Below are positions 1-12,756 of a DNA stretch of 64,000 nt, in pieces. The notes under the pieces are model-generated. The model was given only the letters and a program-made list of their open reading frames with translations, was not told the DNA's origin and did not search any database. The translations under genes were made by a program, and so were the position numbers. The DNA comes from Cladosporium halotolerans (taxonomy: Eukaryota), in assembly GCF_011745625.1 (NCBI RefSeq), contig NW_027191458.1:682001-746000 (forward strand), read 5' to 3'. Positions within the stretch are counted from its first letter, which is position 1; each line of letters starts with the position of its first letter.

Positions 1-255
1 ATCGCCTGTCCCCGTGTCGCAACGTTCTCTATACCATTATCCTGTCAATCTCGTCGGTACAATTTACACACTACCTACTCTGCCCTCTCGCCCACCCGCG
101 CCCATCCACGCCCGCACGTGGAGTCTCTGCTGCGGATCTTTTTCCTGTGACGCTTGCCAGCCCGAACTCGCAGCGGCGCAAATCACTGCCACCTCTGCTG
201 CCGCCCTCTAGCCTGGCCATAGGCAACATACTAGCCACTAGTACCCACCGCCGTC

Positions 256-262
256 TGAGTCA
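256..262. promoter_or_regulatory. Gcn4/CpcA-type response element (TGAGTCA) upstream of HIS1
   Basis: Perfect TGA(C/G)TCA about 115 bp before the HIS1 ATG; His genes are classic cross-pathway control targets. Confidence 0.55.
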
Positions 263-376
263 AGCGGCCCTACAACACATACCGTCCGTCCTTCGCAGCC
301 ATGGACCTCGTCAACTCGTACGTCTCTCGCAACACCACCCTCCTCCGCTCCGCCTCCCACCGCCGCCCCTCCCGCC

Positions 377-1444
377 ATGGCTGAAAGACCCGGCCCCGAG
401 AATGGCGCAATGCCTCGCCGCTTCAGCCGCGCCCTGCCCACCCTCACTAACCTCGTCGGCAGCCTGAACGACCGCCTGCTCTTCGCCGTCCCTAAGAAGG
501 GCCGCTTAAATCAGGCCTGCATCGAGCTACTCGCCGGCTCCGACATCCAGTTCCACCGTCACAACCGCCTCGACATCGCCTTGGTCAAGAACCTGCCGCT
601 CGCCCTCGTCTTCCTGCCCGCCTCCGACATCCCCACCTTCGTCGGCGAGGGCAGGGTCGACCTCGGAATCACCGGCCGCGATGTCGTCGCGGAGCACGAG
701 GCCGTCACGCCTGCCACCGAGACGTCCGGAATCAAGGAGCTGATGGACCTGGAGTTCGGCCGCTGCAAGCTGCAGGTGCAGGTTCCAGAGAAGGGCAACA
801 TCCACTCGGCGGAGGCGCTCGTGGGCAAGACGCTTGTGACCAGCTTCACCGGCCTGTCGGAGCAGTACTTCAGCGAGATGGAGAAGAAGGTCGCTGGCGC
901 CAACGGCGAGAGCGGGGACAAGCTGAAGACAACGATCAAGTACGTCGGCGGCAGTGTCGAGGCTGCGTGCGCGCTCGGCGTCGCGGACGGCATTGTCGAT
1001 CTCGTCGGTATGTCAAATTGAACTTCTCCCGTCGCTCGCACACACCCACTAATAACTCAACCCCCAGAATCTGGCGAAACCATGCGCGCCGCCGGCCTCA
1101 AAGCCATCGCGACCGTCGTCGACTCCACCGCCGTCCTGATCTCCAGCAAGCACCCCTCAGACCCCAAGCTCGTCGAGCTGATCACGAACCGCATCAAGGG
1201 CGTGATCACGGCGCAGAAGTTCGTGCTGTGCACCTACAACGTCGAGCGCAAGAACCTCGCCAGCGCGTCGAAGATCACGCCCGGCAAGCGCGCGCCGACC
1301 GTCATGAGCTTGGACGACGAGGCCTGGGTCGCGGTGCAGGCGATGGTGGAGCGGAAGACGATCGCGAGCGTCATGGACGATCTGAGCGCGATGGGCGCGA
1401 CGGACATCATGGTCACCAAGATCGAGAACACGAGGACTTGCTAG
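377..1444 (+). CDS. HIS1: ATP phosphoribosyltransferase
   Basis: LFAVPKKGRL, DIPTFVGEGRVDLGITG, GSVEAACALGVADGIVDLVESGETM; intron 1008-1067 (GTATGT..CAG) joins the two ORFs in frame. Confidence 0.96.
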
Positions 1445-1883
1445 AGGGTTCCGAGAGGGGTTTTGAACAAAAAGAAGCACGGGAAATGGGGAGTTTCAGG
1501 ACGAGCATGTCACGGCATGGTGTCCGGCGCTACTATACTCACGAACGGAGATAGATTTTTGACGGCTGAATGATACAACATATTTGCATAGAGAAATGAT
1601 TCCCAGAGGCTGCAGACACGGATTTGTTGTCTCATGCTGAAGATCGTTGTTCTTCACAGCAGTGCCAGCCAGCCATGAACGCGCACCTCCCAGCATCCAA
1701 TCAGCTCTTGGACTTGCCTGCGTGTAAGTGAATTGTCACCTTGGTATTGATTGAATGATAAGATGTTGACTCGAGAAGGGAAGATATGCAGACAGCCGCT
1801 AGCGCGCGAATCTCACTGCCCAATGACCGCTTTCGCTATCCATGCGTTTCTCGCAACTCGTCGATGCTTTTCCAACGACACTC

Positions 1884-3637
1884 TTAGAACCTGGAGATGT
1901 CCCGTCCGAAGAGCCAGTTGACAAACCTGGACGTCCGTTAGCGCAGTTCAGCTCCGAAGTGCAATCAAACACAACTCACCAATAAACGGGAATTAGAATT
2001 CTGTTCCTCCAACTCACGCTCTTCGCCAGATACGCTCCACGCCAGATGAACCACGCAACCCTGCCGCTGACGTCTCCACCCGAACTCTGCATGATCGCGT
2101 TCCAGTTGCCCACGTACGCCATGACGCCGAGGTCTTTGTACGTAAAGCCGTTGGCTGCGAGGTCGCCCTTGTTCAACCGCTTCGCCAGCCAGCCGGCTTG
2201 TTGCGACGCGACCTGCGCCGTGGCCGGGTAGGCCGAGTTCTCCATGACCGCGCAGTCTCCGAGAGCGTGAACGTTCTCGAGGAAGCTGCCGTCTGACTTC
2301 TTCGCCCGGAGCCGGTCGTCGGTCAGGATGCCGTGCGTCTTCTCGTGCAGTGACAGGCGGTCTTGCAGGTGCTTTTCTACGAACGGGTTCATCATCAATC
2401 CGGTGCTCCACACACACATGCCTACGCCGACTTCACCCTCTTCTTTCAAGTTCAGGGTATAGCAGCTGGCGGCGTCGCTGATGAGGCCTTTGTCTTTGAC
2501 GTGCTGGGGAACACCCGTTCGCAGCTCTTGGACGTGGTGTGAGGTCTTGATATCGATGCCGTGTCGCTTGAAATGCTTCATCGCGTAGCCGCTCAGCTTC
2601 TCGTCGAACATGCTGAGCACCTTTGGCGCCACATCGTACACCGTAACCTGAAATTGACCTGTCAGCAACAATCTCCCCACGAGCAACCAACACGCGGGCA
2701 ACCCACCTTTGCATACCCCCTCAGATCCGGATACAGCTTCGGCATATCCTCCTCAATAATATCATTCAGCTCCGCGCTCCACTCGATGCCCGTCGGGCCA
2801 CCCCCGACCACCGCGAAATTCAACAACATCCTCTTCATCTCCTCGCTCGTCGTCGGCAAACTCGCCATCTCAAAGCAGCTCAACATCCTGTTCCGGATCT
2901 TCTTCGCGTCCCCCACATCCTTCAAGAAATACGCGTTCTCTCTCACTCCCTTCGTCCCAAACGTCTGCGAATAACACCCCACGGTCACGATCAGCCTATC
3001 CCACCCCAGCTCAAACACCTTCCCCTTCTCCCTCTTCTTGACCAAATCCCCATCGCCCCTGGGCGCCGCGAGCCCCACGCCCTGCAGCGGGTCATCGACG
3101 GCCTCCTCGACGCTCAGCTGCTGCTTCTCGAAGTCCACGCCGTCCGCCCATCCCTGGAACAATTGCGGCCCGAGCTTGTCGCCTTTGCGCGCGCGCGTCG
3201 GCTCCAGCGCGCAGCGGAACTCGAGCGTGCCCGTTGACGTCGAGGCGAGGAGCGGCGTGAAGACGAAGTACGAGCGCGGCGAGACGACGACGATCTGGTA
3301 TTTGCGCGGGTCGAGGTCGCGCGAGAGCGTGTAGCCCGCCCAGCCGGAGCCGAGGATTACGATGCGCTCACGGTCTGGTGGTTGTAAACATTGTCAGCGT
3401 ATGCGCTCTGAGGCTGTATATCGCGCGCGACTGTTTGCGCTTGGTTGTATTTTGTAGCTTGGGAATGGACTGTTCTCACGCACCTCCCTTCCTCTCATCC
3501 AGAGCCTGCATGGAAATCGCCCTCTTCTGCCCGGCGATCGCATTTGCGACACCGCAATGCCATTGGGCGGGTCTTCCTACTATCGGCGCCCGCAACGAGC
3601 GAGCGCCGCCCATCGCAGCCCTCAGCGACAAAGCCAT
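1884..3637 (-). CDS. Mitochondrial alternative (type II) NADH dehydrogenase, NDE/NDI family
   Basis: RIVILGSGWAG, VVGGGPTGIE, WRGAYL, C-terminal FGRDISRF; Arg/Ala-rich presequence MALSLRAAMGGARSLR; introns 3375-3483, 2648-2706, 1927-1979. Confidence 0.92.
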
Positions 3638-4315
3638 GTTGTCGACAAATCGTCAAGCACCTCGGATACTTTCAGAGCAATTACCGACATAGTGGAACGC
3701 ATGGTGGGTTTGAGGGATTGTTTTGTACTATCACATGTTCGCACGGGACGGCGGATAGTCCGGAGTGACATCAGAATGAAAGCTTTCGTTGGTGCAAATG
3801 CTCGCTCGAGCGTTGTCCGAGGCTTGGGACGCGGAGGGGCGGTTGCACTGCGGATGGCGAATGCGCGCTCGTTCTCGCGACCAGCGCGTTTCGGCCACGG
3901 ACAGAGTCATGAGCCTTGCTGCTTTCGGGACGAATCGGACGGTGAGCTGAGTTCTCGCTCTTTGCTTCATGTTGGAACCTCATTAATGTAGCCGACGCGA
4001 ACGCGGGCAATCGGATGAATACGCGCTTCGGATTTTATCCCCGAGAGCTCCAGTCGGAGATCAGTCCTATCACCGATTCTTGAGGGACTACTTGATGCAC
4101 AACACTCGGAGGTAGCTAGTAGGAAACGGCGCACAGGCCAAATTATGAAACTCTTGTCGTGCGATTGGGCGGACGAGAATTGCCAATGGTTCAGAGGAAA
4201 TAGATTGCCGTTGCCTGTTGACAAGCTCTTATATTCGCTTTTACGATCATTTCCATGATACCCACGTTGGTCATCTAAGCTGGGGCACATGTATGTAATT
4301 AATCTGTCAATCGAC

Positions 4316-5643
4316 CTAAGGCAGCTGGCCAGGGATCTTCGCCTCGCCAGCGCCGTTGACACCAGCAGCACCGCCCTCAGTTTGGTAGTCCTTGCCGGCG
4401 GTATACTGCTTGACATCGTCGCACCAGCCGAACTGATCCTGGATCTTGCCGCGCTGAATCCCCTGGAGCTGCTCGAGGAACTTGACGCAGACGGGGCCGG
4501 GCTCGTCGCTGCCGTTCTGGAACTCGAATTTGTCATTGCGGGAACGCATGGTGATGCTCTTGATAGGGACGAGAGCGGCGGCGGTTCCGGCAGCCATGAC
4601 TTCGTCGAAGGAGGAGATCTCTTCGTATTTGATCTGGGGTGACATACAGCGTTAAAGCGGAGTAACATCATCAATAGATTGAGTGTGACTTACCGGCCTG
4701 CACTCGACCTTCCAGCCAAGCGACTTCGCAATACCGCAAACACTGTCGCTGGTGACACTCTTGATCACGTTCTTGCTGTCGGGCACAACGACAGTGACGC
4801 CCTTCTCGGTGTCACCCTTGATGCCAATAAAGCCAGACGTCGAGAACTCGTCAATTTCGGTCCTTGACCGGCTGTCCAAGTGCAGGGTAATGCCGAAGCC
4901 CTCGCTCCTCGCCTTGTCGCTGAAGCGGAGCACGGGGGCGTAGTTGCCGCCGACCTTGGCGCTTCCGGTGCCGTTGGGCGCGGCGCGATCGAAGTCCTCG
5001 AGGATGAGCGCGTCCACGGGGTGAACGCCGTGGTAGACACCAGTGGGCATCACGAAGACAACGAAAGTGTACTCCTCAGGCGGGCTCAGACCGAGCTGTG
5101 CGGAGCTGCCGAAGAGGAGAGGACGGATGTACATGGCGGAGCCCGTGCGGTGAGGAGGGACATACTCGGCGTTCAGGCTGACGGCCAGCTGAACGCAGTG
5201 CTTGAAGTGGTCGGTGGGAACGTGGGGGATCGAGATGGCGGAGGCAGAGTGCTGCATGCGCTCGGCGTTCTGCTGGGGACGGAAGATGTTGATGGTCTTG
5301 TCATCGGGCGAGCGGTAGGCCTTCAGACCTTCGTAGCACTGCTGGCCATAGTTGAGACCGGGAGCCATGCCGTGAATGCGCATGAAAGGCGACTCGACGA
5401 ATTCCGGGGCGGTCCATTTGCCGGTCTTGACAGAGTAGCTGGATTCGATGTGGCCGTTGACTGGAGATTTTCAGCTCGAGACCAAAGAACAATTGACACA
5501 GGACAGGGATGATCTTACCCTCACGGACCTTGAAGCCGACATTGTCCCAGTCTTCAACAGGTGTCAGCAATGATCGTGGCGGAGATACAGGACAGCAGTA
5601 TACCAATGGTGTTGACGGGAGGCGGAGGGAATGAAGAGGACAT
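4316..5643 (-). CDS. Branched-chain amino acid aminotransferase (class IV PLP enzyme)
   Basis: IDWDNVGFKVREVNGH, LNYGQQCYEGLKAYR, AKVGGNY, AAGTAAALVPI; introns 5552-5603, 5461-5518, 4634-4693. Confidence 0.93.
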
Positions 5644-5840
5644 ATTTGATAGTATTTTGCTTGGTTAAGGCAACACCTAATAGATGTTTCACAGATCTCT
5701 AGGTGCAACGGCGAAAAGTCCAATGCTCGATGGTCATCTCGAAATTCCCGCCCCTCATGCCGGCCTCGGGGCTTGCAGAGATGCGTCACCGGCGCTAAGC
5801 CCCGCGATCGCCGACCAGCGTTCCGCGCTAGTGGAGCTTG

Positions 5841-5872
5841 GCGCGTCGCGCGCGCGCTTTCCAGAGCGCGTT
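5841..5872. promoter_or_regulatory. Cluster of CGCG (MCB-like) cores in the divergent BCAT/CDC6 promoter
   Basis: gcgcgtcgcgcgcgcgc...gagcgcgtt about 120-150 bp upstream of CDC6, a known G1/S MBF target in yeasts. Confidence 0.4.
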
Positions 5873-5994
5873 CTAAATTGCTTGAGCTCGCACTGGACCT
5901 TCCATCCACCATCCACCAACACCGGCAACCACCACCTGCCGAACACTCCACCACGCCTGCTGTTTGGTCTGCACAGCACGCATAGAAGGCAGCA

Positions 5995-7824
5995 ATGGCT
6001 CTCGGCAAGCGCTCCTGCAGCGCCATCACCGACACAACAGCTGCATCAACGCGGTCGAAACGGCGTGTTGTGCTCAACGACGGAGTAGACGAGAACCAGA
6101 ACCCCTTCATCACACGCGACATCGGTAGCCCCGCCCCGAAGAACACGCGAACGCCCCGATCAGCCCCAGCCAAACATGGCGCACCGGAATCCCGCGTTGC
6201 ACTTTCTCCGCCCAAGATCAGTGCGCATTTTCAATCGAAGAAGGCATCGATCGAAGTGCAGCAGGACGGAAAGAAGGTCGAATCGCAGAAGGTGCCGGCG
6301 ACACCCAGGCATAGGGTCATCATTGGCGGCGCTGCCCGACTTACGCCACGCACACCACGCACACCGAGCACACCATCCGCCGGCACATCAGTGTACAATC
6401 AGGCGCGTCAACTTTTCTCTCGATGCGCGAATCCCGGAAGACTTGTGGGTCGAGACGAGGAGAGACAGCAGCTGAGCTCCTTTGTCGAAAACAGCGTCAA
6501 CTCAGAGTCCGGAGGATGTCTGTACGTCTCAGGGCCGCCAGGCACCGGCAAAAGCGCGCTTCTAGACGAAGTTTGTCAGCAGTACCTGGAATCTGGAGCT
6601 GTCTGCATGTCGGTCGTCAACTGCATGAGTGTGCGGAACGCGAAAGACTTGAGCGGGAAGCTTTCGGAAGACCTTGACCTGAACGAAGACGCTGGCTTCG
6701 AGTATCTGCGCGCGTGCTTTGCCGGAGCAAAATCGAGAAACGAGAAGAAATATTTGGTCATCCTGGATGAGGTCGATTGTCTGGTCGATCTGGATTTGAG
6801 CCTGCTCTACGCCCTTTTCGAGTGGTCGATGGCGCCTTCCTCACGCCTCGTTCTCATCGGAATCGCGAACGCTCTGGATTTGACGGACCGCTTTCTACCA
6901 AGACTGAAGAGCAGGAACCTCAAGCCTGAGCTTCTTCCCTTCATGCCTTATGCGGCTGCGCAGATTGCTGAGGTCATTACGACAAAGCTCAAGAGCTTGG
7001 TGCCAGCTGGCTCCGCAACCGTACCCTTCCTTCACCCAGCAGCCGTGCAGTTCTGCGCGAAGAAGGTCGCGTCGCAAACTGGTGATCTCCGCAAAGCCTT
7101 CGATATTTGCCGCCGTGCAGTCGACTTGGTTGAGCAAGAGACGAAAGACAAGGATGCAAAGAACGCACTTCTCGAAAGCCCCTCTAAGACGCCTCTCATG
7201 GAGAACATCAACCTGGCATCTCCCACCAGCTCGCGCTCACCCACCAAGAGTCCCGTTAAGCCGCATTCGAACACCGTTTACACGCTGGACATTGCGCCGA
7301 AGGCTACGATCGCACACATGGCCAAAGTCACGGCTCAGGCCTTCAGCAACGGCGCCACACAACGTCTTGGCTCTCTCAACTTGCAACAGAAGGCTGTGCT
7401 CTGCGCCCTTGCGGCGCTGGAGAAGAAGAAGCGCGACAACCAAATCGAACGCTACCTGCTTTCTACCCCAAGCAAGAAAAACAAGACTGCGCCGAGCATC
7501 AAGGAGCTGTTTGAGGCGTACAGCGGGCTTTGCAAGCGCGAGAATCTGTTCGCGCCCCTGTCGAGCTTGGAGTTCAGAGACGTTGTCTCAGGCCTGGAGA
7601 CGTTGAGCCTGGTGTCTGGCGTCGACGGGAAGAATGGCAGCTTCGCCCCAGTCACGCCTTCGAAGACTCCAAGCCGTAGAGGCAAGGGCGGATTTGCAGG
7701 AGCGGTTAGCGGCGATGACAGGAGGGTTGCTTCGGCGGTCGGGATGAAAGAGCTGCACGCGGCGCTCGGAGGACCTGGAGGAGATCTCTTGAGGGAGATG
7801 TTGGAGGGCAATGGACTTGCTTGA
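5995..7824 (+). CDS. CDC6: Replication licensing AAA+ ATPase Cdc6/Cdc18
   Basis: LYVSGPPGTGKS, ILDEVD, IGIANALDLTDRFLPRL, GDLRKAFDICRR; N-terminal S/TP CDK sites. Confidence 0.96.
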   Translation: MALGKRSCSAITDTTAASTRSKRRVVLNDGVDENQNPFITRDIGSPAPKNTRTPRSAPAKHGAPESRVALSPPKISAHFQSKKASIEVQQDGKKVESQKVPATPRHRVIIGGAARLTPRTPRTPSTPSAGTSVYNQARQLFSRCANPGRLVGRDEERQQLSSFVENSVNSESGGCLYVSGPPGTGKSALLDEVCQQYLESGAVCMSVVNCMSVRNAKDLSGKLSEDLDLNEDAGFEYLRACFAGAKSRNEKKYLVILDEVDCLVDLDLSLLYALFEWSMAPSSRLVLIGIANALDLTDRFLPRLKSRNLKPELLPFMPYAAAQIAEVITTKLKSLVPAGSATVPFLHPAAVQFCAKKVASQTGDLRKAFDICRRAVDLVEQETKDKDAKNALLESPSKTPLMENINLASPTSSRSPTKSPVKPHSNTVYTLDIAPKATIAHMAKVTAQAFSNGATQRLGSLNLQQKAVLCALAALEKKKRDNQIERYLLSTPSKKNKTAPSIKELFEAYSGLCKRENLFAPLSSLEFRDVVSGLETLSLVSGVDGKNGSFAPVTPSKTPSRRGKGGFAGAVSGDDRRVASAVGMKELHAALGGPGGDLLREMLEGNGLA

Positions 7825-8437
7825 TCGTCGCATCTGACGACTGTATTTGGTAGACCTGCTGTTCTGTTTCAAGCGCGGCGTTTCGGAAGACCTCTTGGAT
7901 AGAGGCATGTTTAGCATAGCGGCAAGGGATCGCGATCGGATCCGCACAAATACCCACCACAATCGCACGAGCACAATGCTCTTCTTTCTTTCCATCAAAC
8001 AAGTCACTTTGTCACTCGTCCCTCTCACGCTTGCACCAGCAATGGGTCAGCTCGACCAGCATCCGAGACAGAGGCTCAGGTGCCGTCTTTCCACGCGTGC
8101 CGCCCCCGCTCCCACGCGCCGCCCGCCGCTGCGCTAGAGGCAGTTTGCGCTGCAGGTTTTCTTGGGAGCGGCTGCCCTGACGCCTGCCGATCACGAAGTC
8201 GCATCTGCTGAAACAAACAAGCCCATCGCTTGCACCCATCAACACCTCATACGCGCCCGTCGCTCGCTCGGCCTCGGCCCTCCTATTCTGCGACACCCGC
8301 CAACCCTCACCCTCCTTTTGCCGGCCCACGCTCGTTCATTTGTGCACCTGCTCCCGCCCGCCTGACAGCGCACGCACGCATTGCGACAGCGCAGAACACA
8401 TACAAATAGACCGGGCCTGCGCTCCATTTCCGGCAAG

Positions 8438-9948
8438 ATGGTGTCATTTTCGTGCGAGGTACAACACACTCCCTGCTTTCCCGATCGCTACAATGCGCGC
8501 GCAACACATGGCTGACCACAAAATGCGCGACACAGAACTGTGGCGACGTCCTGACGAAGAAGAAGCTGGACCCGCACCGCAACCAGTGCTACGGCGCATC
8601 CTACACCTGCCTTGATTGCATGGTGCACTTCCACGGCACCGAATACCGATCGCACACGAGCTGCATGAGCGAGGCGCAGAAGTACCAGGGTCACCTGTAC
8701 CGCGGGGAGAAGAAGAAGGGTCAGCAGGGTCAGCAGGCTGACAAGCGCAAGTCGACGCAAGGGCAGAACAACCAAGCCATGGTGCCCCGAGGCGCATACG
8801 TGGAGGACGCGCCGGAAGATGGCCAGAATGCTGTCGCTGTGATCGATGTCCCGCCTAAGGCTCCCACGCCGCCGCCTGCTGCCAAGTCATTGCCTGAGAA
8901 CGTGAACGTCTTTGATTTCTTGGTGGAGGACGCCACACCTAAGGCTGCACCTGCTGTCGGCGGCGCACCTCCTAGAAAGATGCTCGAGAGGGAGTCGTCC
9001 AGCATGTATGTCAATCACCCGAACGACAGCCAGTACTCGCAGTATTCGCAGTACTCCAATGGCGAGGGAACCACCTACACACAACATGGCTTCTCCTACG
9101 GCGACGCACCGGTGCAGCCCTCGTTCCAGCGCTTCGACTCCCAGTCAAACCTCGAGGATTCTCAGGGCTCTCGGATGCCACCACCTGCAGCATACGCGAC
9201 TCCGGCACCGAAGAAGGGAAAGAAAGAGAAGGGAGAGAAGAGCGACAAGAAGCGCAAGCGCCACCACGTCGACGATCTGGATCTCTCCGCCGCCAAACGT
9301 CCCGCCTCTCGCGACGAGGCCATGACCGACGCACCACCGCCCTCAACAGGCAGAGTCCTCCACTCCGGCCTCACCGGCGGCCTCAGCCGTCTCGTCACCG
9401 ACCCCGAATTCTACGACGACCGCATCGACGCCGGCCCCACCCCCGTCAGCCCTCTCAAACGCACCAAACGCGGCGACACCAAAGATTCCTCGCGCGACGA
9501 TAAGCGCAAATCTTCCTACGTCTCGCACGGCACCGCCCGCACCGTCTCCAGCAGCAAACACTCGGACGAAAGCAGCAGCCGCAGACGAGAGAGCCGCGAG
9601 CACCACTCCTCGCGACGCCAGCGCTCGCCATCGTCCTCGCCCGAGCCGCGCGTCAAATCCCGTGCTCTCAAGGTCATCGAGCGCTCGCCCAGCCGCGGCT
9701 CGTCCGTGCAGCCTTCGTCGTCCAACCAGCTTGTCACCCACCACAACTCTCGCGCAGAGCTGTTTATGAGCTTTGTTACGAAGGGTCCGGACAGCGAGCG
9801 AGGTGTGTCGATCAACAAGGCGCTGAAGAGGTATCACCGTGAGAGGGATGTGCGGGGAGGCGATGAGAAGGAGGACGAGGACAAGGAGCTGTGGAAGGGG
9901 CTTAGATTGAGGAAGAATGAGAGGGGGGAGATTGTACTTTTCTTTTGA
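8438..9948 (+). CDS. LYAR-type C2HC zinc finger nucleolar protein
   Basis: Spliced start MVSFSCE|NCGDVLTKKKLDPHRNQCYGASYTCLDCMVHF...HTSCMSEAQKYQG; intron 8459-8535. Confidence 0.9.
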
Positions 9949-10347
9949 TGGGAGATATCTTGGCTTTTGTATTTGTTACTTTGCAGTTTTGGTTTGGCGT
10001 GGGATTGGAAGGAACTCGACGAGCAAGCGATGTGGTTGATCAGATTGCATGAGCATACGCGCATTGATGTTTTGGGAGCAGTAATCTTTCGTAATATACG
10101 ATGCTCGGCTGAGCGAGGCTGTTGGCTTCGCTGAGACGGCATACCGCGAGCAAACTGTTTGAATAAAGCTCGTTCATTTCATCGTTCCCACCAGCATTGG
10201 ATTTGAGTAGTGTCCAAGAGAAGTCGCAGTAATAGATCTCAAGAATGTTTTCATGTCTGTGGCGCCGCAGCACCGGGTATCACTTTTCTAAGAATGCTCT
10301 TCAAAGCCGCTCTCTCACGGCATACCACCATTGCACCGATGGCTTAC

Positions 10348-11577
10348 CTACATGTTGCCAAAATCGATCTTTCTGGCGACTCTATCGCCCCGTCCACCTA
10401 CTTTGGAGTCCTCTCCGGGAATCTCTCCGCCTCTTCGCTTGAGCTCCTCACCCATGCTTTCCACTCCGCCTCCCTTTTTCGGCAGCTCCGCCAACGGGCT
10501 GGGTCTGGGTGCACTGGTGAAGTATCTGTGCTTCAACACGCCTTCTGCCGTGAGTCGTTTGTTCGGGTCAAGCTGCATCATAGCGATGAGCAGATCAACG
10601 CCCTCTTCGCCGATAGTCTTGAACTGGTCGAGCCAGGATCCTCTCGATCGCTCAGGAATGACCTCCTCAGGAGTTACGTATGATCGTAACTTCGTGACGC
10701 CAGGCCAATTATCTTCCGTCGGCGTGCCCACCTTCTCGCAGATCTGCCGCACCATGTTGAGCTCATTGTCTGGCGGAATCCCCATCAAAAACACAGCACG
10801 GTTGATTAGCTCCGCAAACACGCATCCGCAACTCCAAATATCCACCGCCCCACCATAATACCTCGCGCGGAAAAACAGCTCCGGCGGCCTATACCACGAC
10901 GTGACCACCTGGCTCGTCATCTCCGCATACGGATCCGCAAACGACCGCGCCAGACCAAAATCCGCAAGCTTGATCTCGCCGTTCGCGGCAATCAGCAAGT
11001 TGTTCGGCTTGATGTCCCGATGCAGCACGAAATTCTGGTGGCAGAACCACACGCCGCGCATCATCATCAGCATCCACGCCTTGATGTCCGCCGGCGTGTA
11101 CCGCGTCCCTTGCACGTCCTGCACCAGCTTGAGCAAGTCGCCCTGCGGCAGGTGCTCGAGCACGAGGTTGAGGTTCTGGTCCTTCGTGCTGAAGACCGCG
11201 TGCAGCCGGATGATGTTCGGGTGGCTGAGCTCCTGCAGGAAGCGGATTTCACGCAGCGAGTCGTAGCTTATGCCCACGTCCGCGCTCTCGGCGGCGATCT
11301 TGATCTTTTTGATCGCGAAGAGTTGCGTGCGGTCGGAGACGAGCGTCGCTTCGAAGACGTCGGCGTATTGACCTGCGCCGATCTTTTTGCCTTTGATGTA
11401 TTTGGAGCGCTCGGAGAGGTCCATTTGCTCGCCTAGGTCGGCGACGGGGGCGGGGGAGAGGGCGGGCGTGGAGGAGTCGAAGGGTGTGTTGCTGGCGCTG
11501 GTAGTGGCTGAGAGGACTTTTTGGCGTTTGAGGGGGGGTTCGGGCGGGACGCCGTAGGCTGGTGACTTGGCCTCCAT
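10348..11577 (-). CDS. KIN28: TFIIH kinase CDK7/Kin28
   Basis: LREIRFLQELSHPNII, HRDIKPNNLL, DFGLARSFADP, WYRPPELFF, C-terminal VARKIDF. Confidence 0.92.
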   Translation of the reverse strand: MEAKSPAYGVPPEPPLKRQKVLSATTSASNTPFDSSTPALSPAPVADLGEQMDLSERSKYIKGKKIGAGQYADVFEATLVSDRTQLFAIKKIKIAAESADVGISYDSLREIRFLQELSHPNIIRLHAVFSTKDQNLNLVLEHLPQGDLLKLVQDVQGTRYTPADIKAWMLMMMRGVWFCHQNFVLHRDIKPNNLLIAANGEIKLADFGLARSFADPYAEMTSQVVTSWYRPPELFFRARYYGGAVDIWSCGCVFAELINRAVFLMGIPPDNELNMVRQICEKVGTPTEDNWPGVTKLRSYVTPEEVIPERSRGSWLDQFKTIGEEGVDLLIAMMQLDPNKRLTAEGVLKHRYFTSAPRPSPLAELPKKGGGVESMGEELKRRGGEIPGEDSKVGGRGDRVARKIDFGNM

Positions 11578-11994
11578 GGTGGGTGGTGTAGTGGTGTGGC
11601 ACCTTGTTTAAGTGTATGTTCGATCGTAATGACTTCGTCGGGCGTTAACAGGGTACTTTTGTGGTTTGAGAAGTCGAAGCTGTATAGGAGTTCCGAAGAT
11701 TTCTCCAGGAAACCAACAGTTGCTACCGCGCGCCAGACCAAAGCGCTGATACGCCCCAAGCTGATGCCAATTCCAGAAACAAAGTCGAGCACCTTCAATC
11801 AACGTTGATCGAAGCACGAAGCCCTGGCATGTGAAGTCCAATCGTAGGCGTTCAGCTGAGACCGGACCACACTGTACGCCGGACTTGCGGCTTTCGGGGG
11901 AGAGACTTGGCTACTCTGCCAGGCAAACTATCGGCTTCCTTGCGACGATTGAAAGCAGCAAGGGTCGTCACTTGTCGCCTGGCCACATTTCACA

Positions 11995-12756
11995 ATGGCG
12001 TCCGCACGACCTTTCGCCATGCTCAGGCTGCCGGCGATCGCCCGCCAGCCGGTTTGCCTCCAATGTCGGTTCTTGCACGCCGGAAACCCGACAACCCCAA
12101 GAATACCCCGTCCGACTCCCTTTGTCCCGGATCCTCAGACCTTCCTCACTTTGATAGGACGCAACATGGCTCAGCATGCCGCGAAGATCCCCACCTGGGA
12201 CGCCCTTTTCACGCTCTCTTCCGCGCAACTCAGGGAATCCGGTATCGAGCCCGCACGCGCGAGGCGTTATCTGCTGTGGTGGAGAGAAAGGTTTCGGAAT
12301 GGCTTGATGGGTGTGGGCGGTGATTTGCAGGAGGTCGAGAAGGGAGTTGCGGAACTGAGAATCGTGGAGGTGCCTTCGGAGAGGCCCGGAGACCAGATGG
12401 CCACCCTCTCCAAGGACCCCGGCACACGGAAGATGGTCGTCAACACACCGGTCACTGTCGCTGCGATGCCAGACCCGGCAAATCCGCAAGAGTCCGCCAG
12501 GGACATCAGCATTATTCCCCCGCCGAAGATTGACGCTGCCAAGGCGAGGCCCGTCAAGGAGATGAAGATCGTGCGAGGCAACACCATTGGCGGCACTGGA
12601 GTGGAGTACATCAAGGGACACCCCGGTGTTGCGAGACTGAGGGTACAGGATGGACTTTGGGAGCAGAGGAGAGGTCACAAGGTGGACGGTGGTGAGAGGA
12701 GAAGGGCTGAGGTTAGGGCGAAGCGTCGTGCACAGGAGCGGAAGAACGCTCGGTAA
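11995..12756 (+). CDS. FYV4: Mitochondrial small-subunit protein mS41 (IGR motif)
   Basis: FLTLIGR, LRESGIEPARARRYLLWWRERFR, KVDGGERRRAEVR; presequence-like N-terminus. Confidence 0.85.
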   Translation: MASARPFAMLRLPAIARQPVCLQCRFLHAGNPTTPRIPRPTPFVPDPQTFLTLIGRNMAQHAAKIPTWDALFTLSSAQLRESGIEPARARRYLLWWRERFRNGLMGVGGDLQEVEKGVAELRIVEVPSERPGDQMATLSKDPGTRKMVVNTPVTVAAMPDPANPQESARDISIIPPPKIDAAKARPVKEMKIVRGNTIGGTGVEYIKGHPGVARLRVQDGLWEQRRGHKVDGGERRRAEVRAKRRAQERKNAR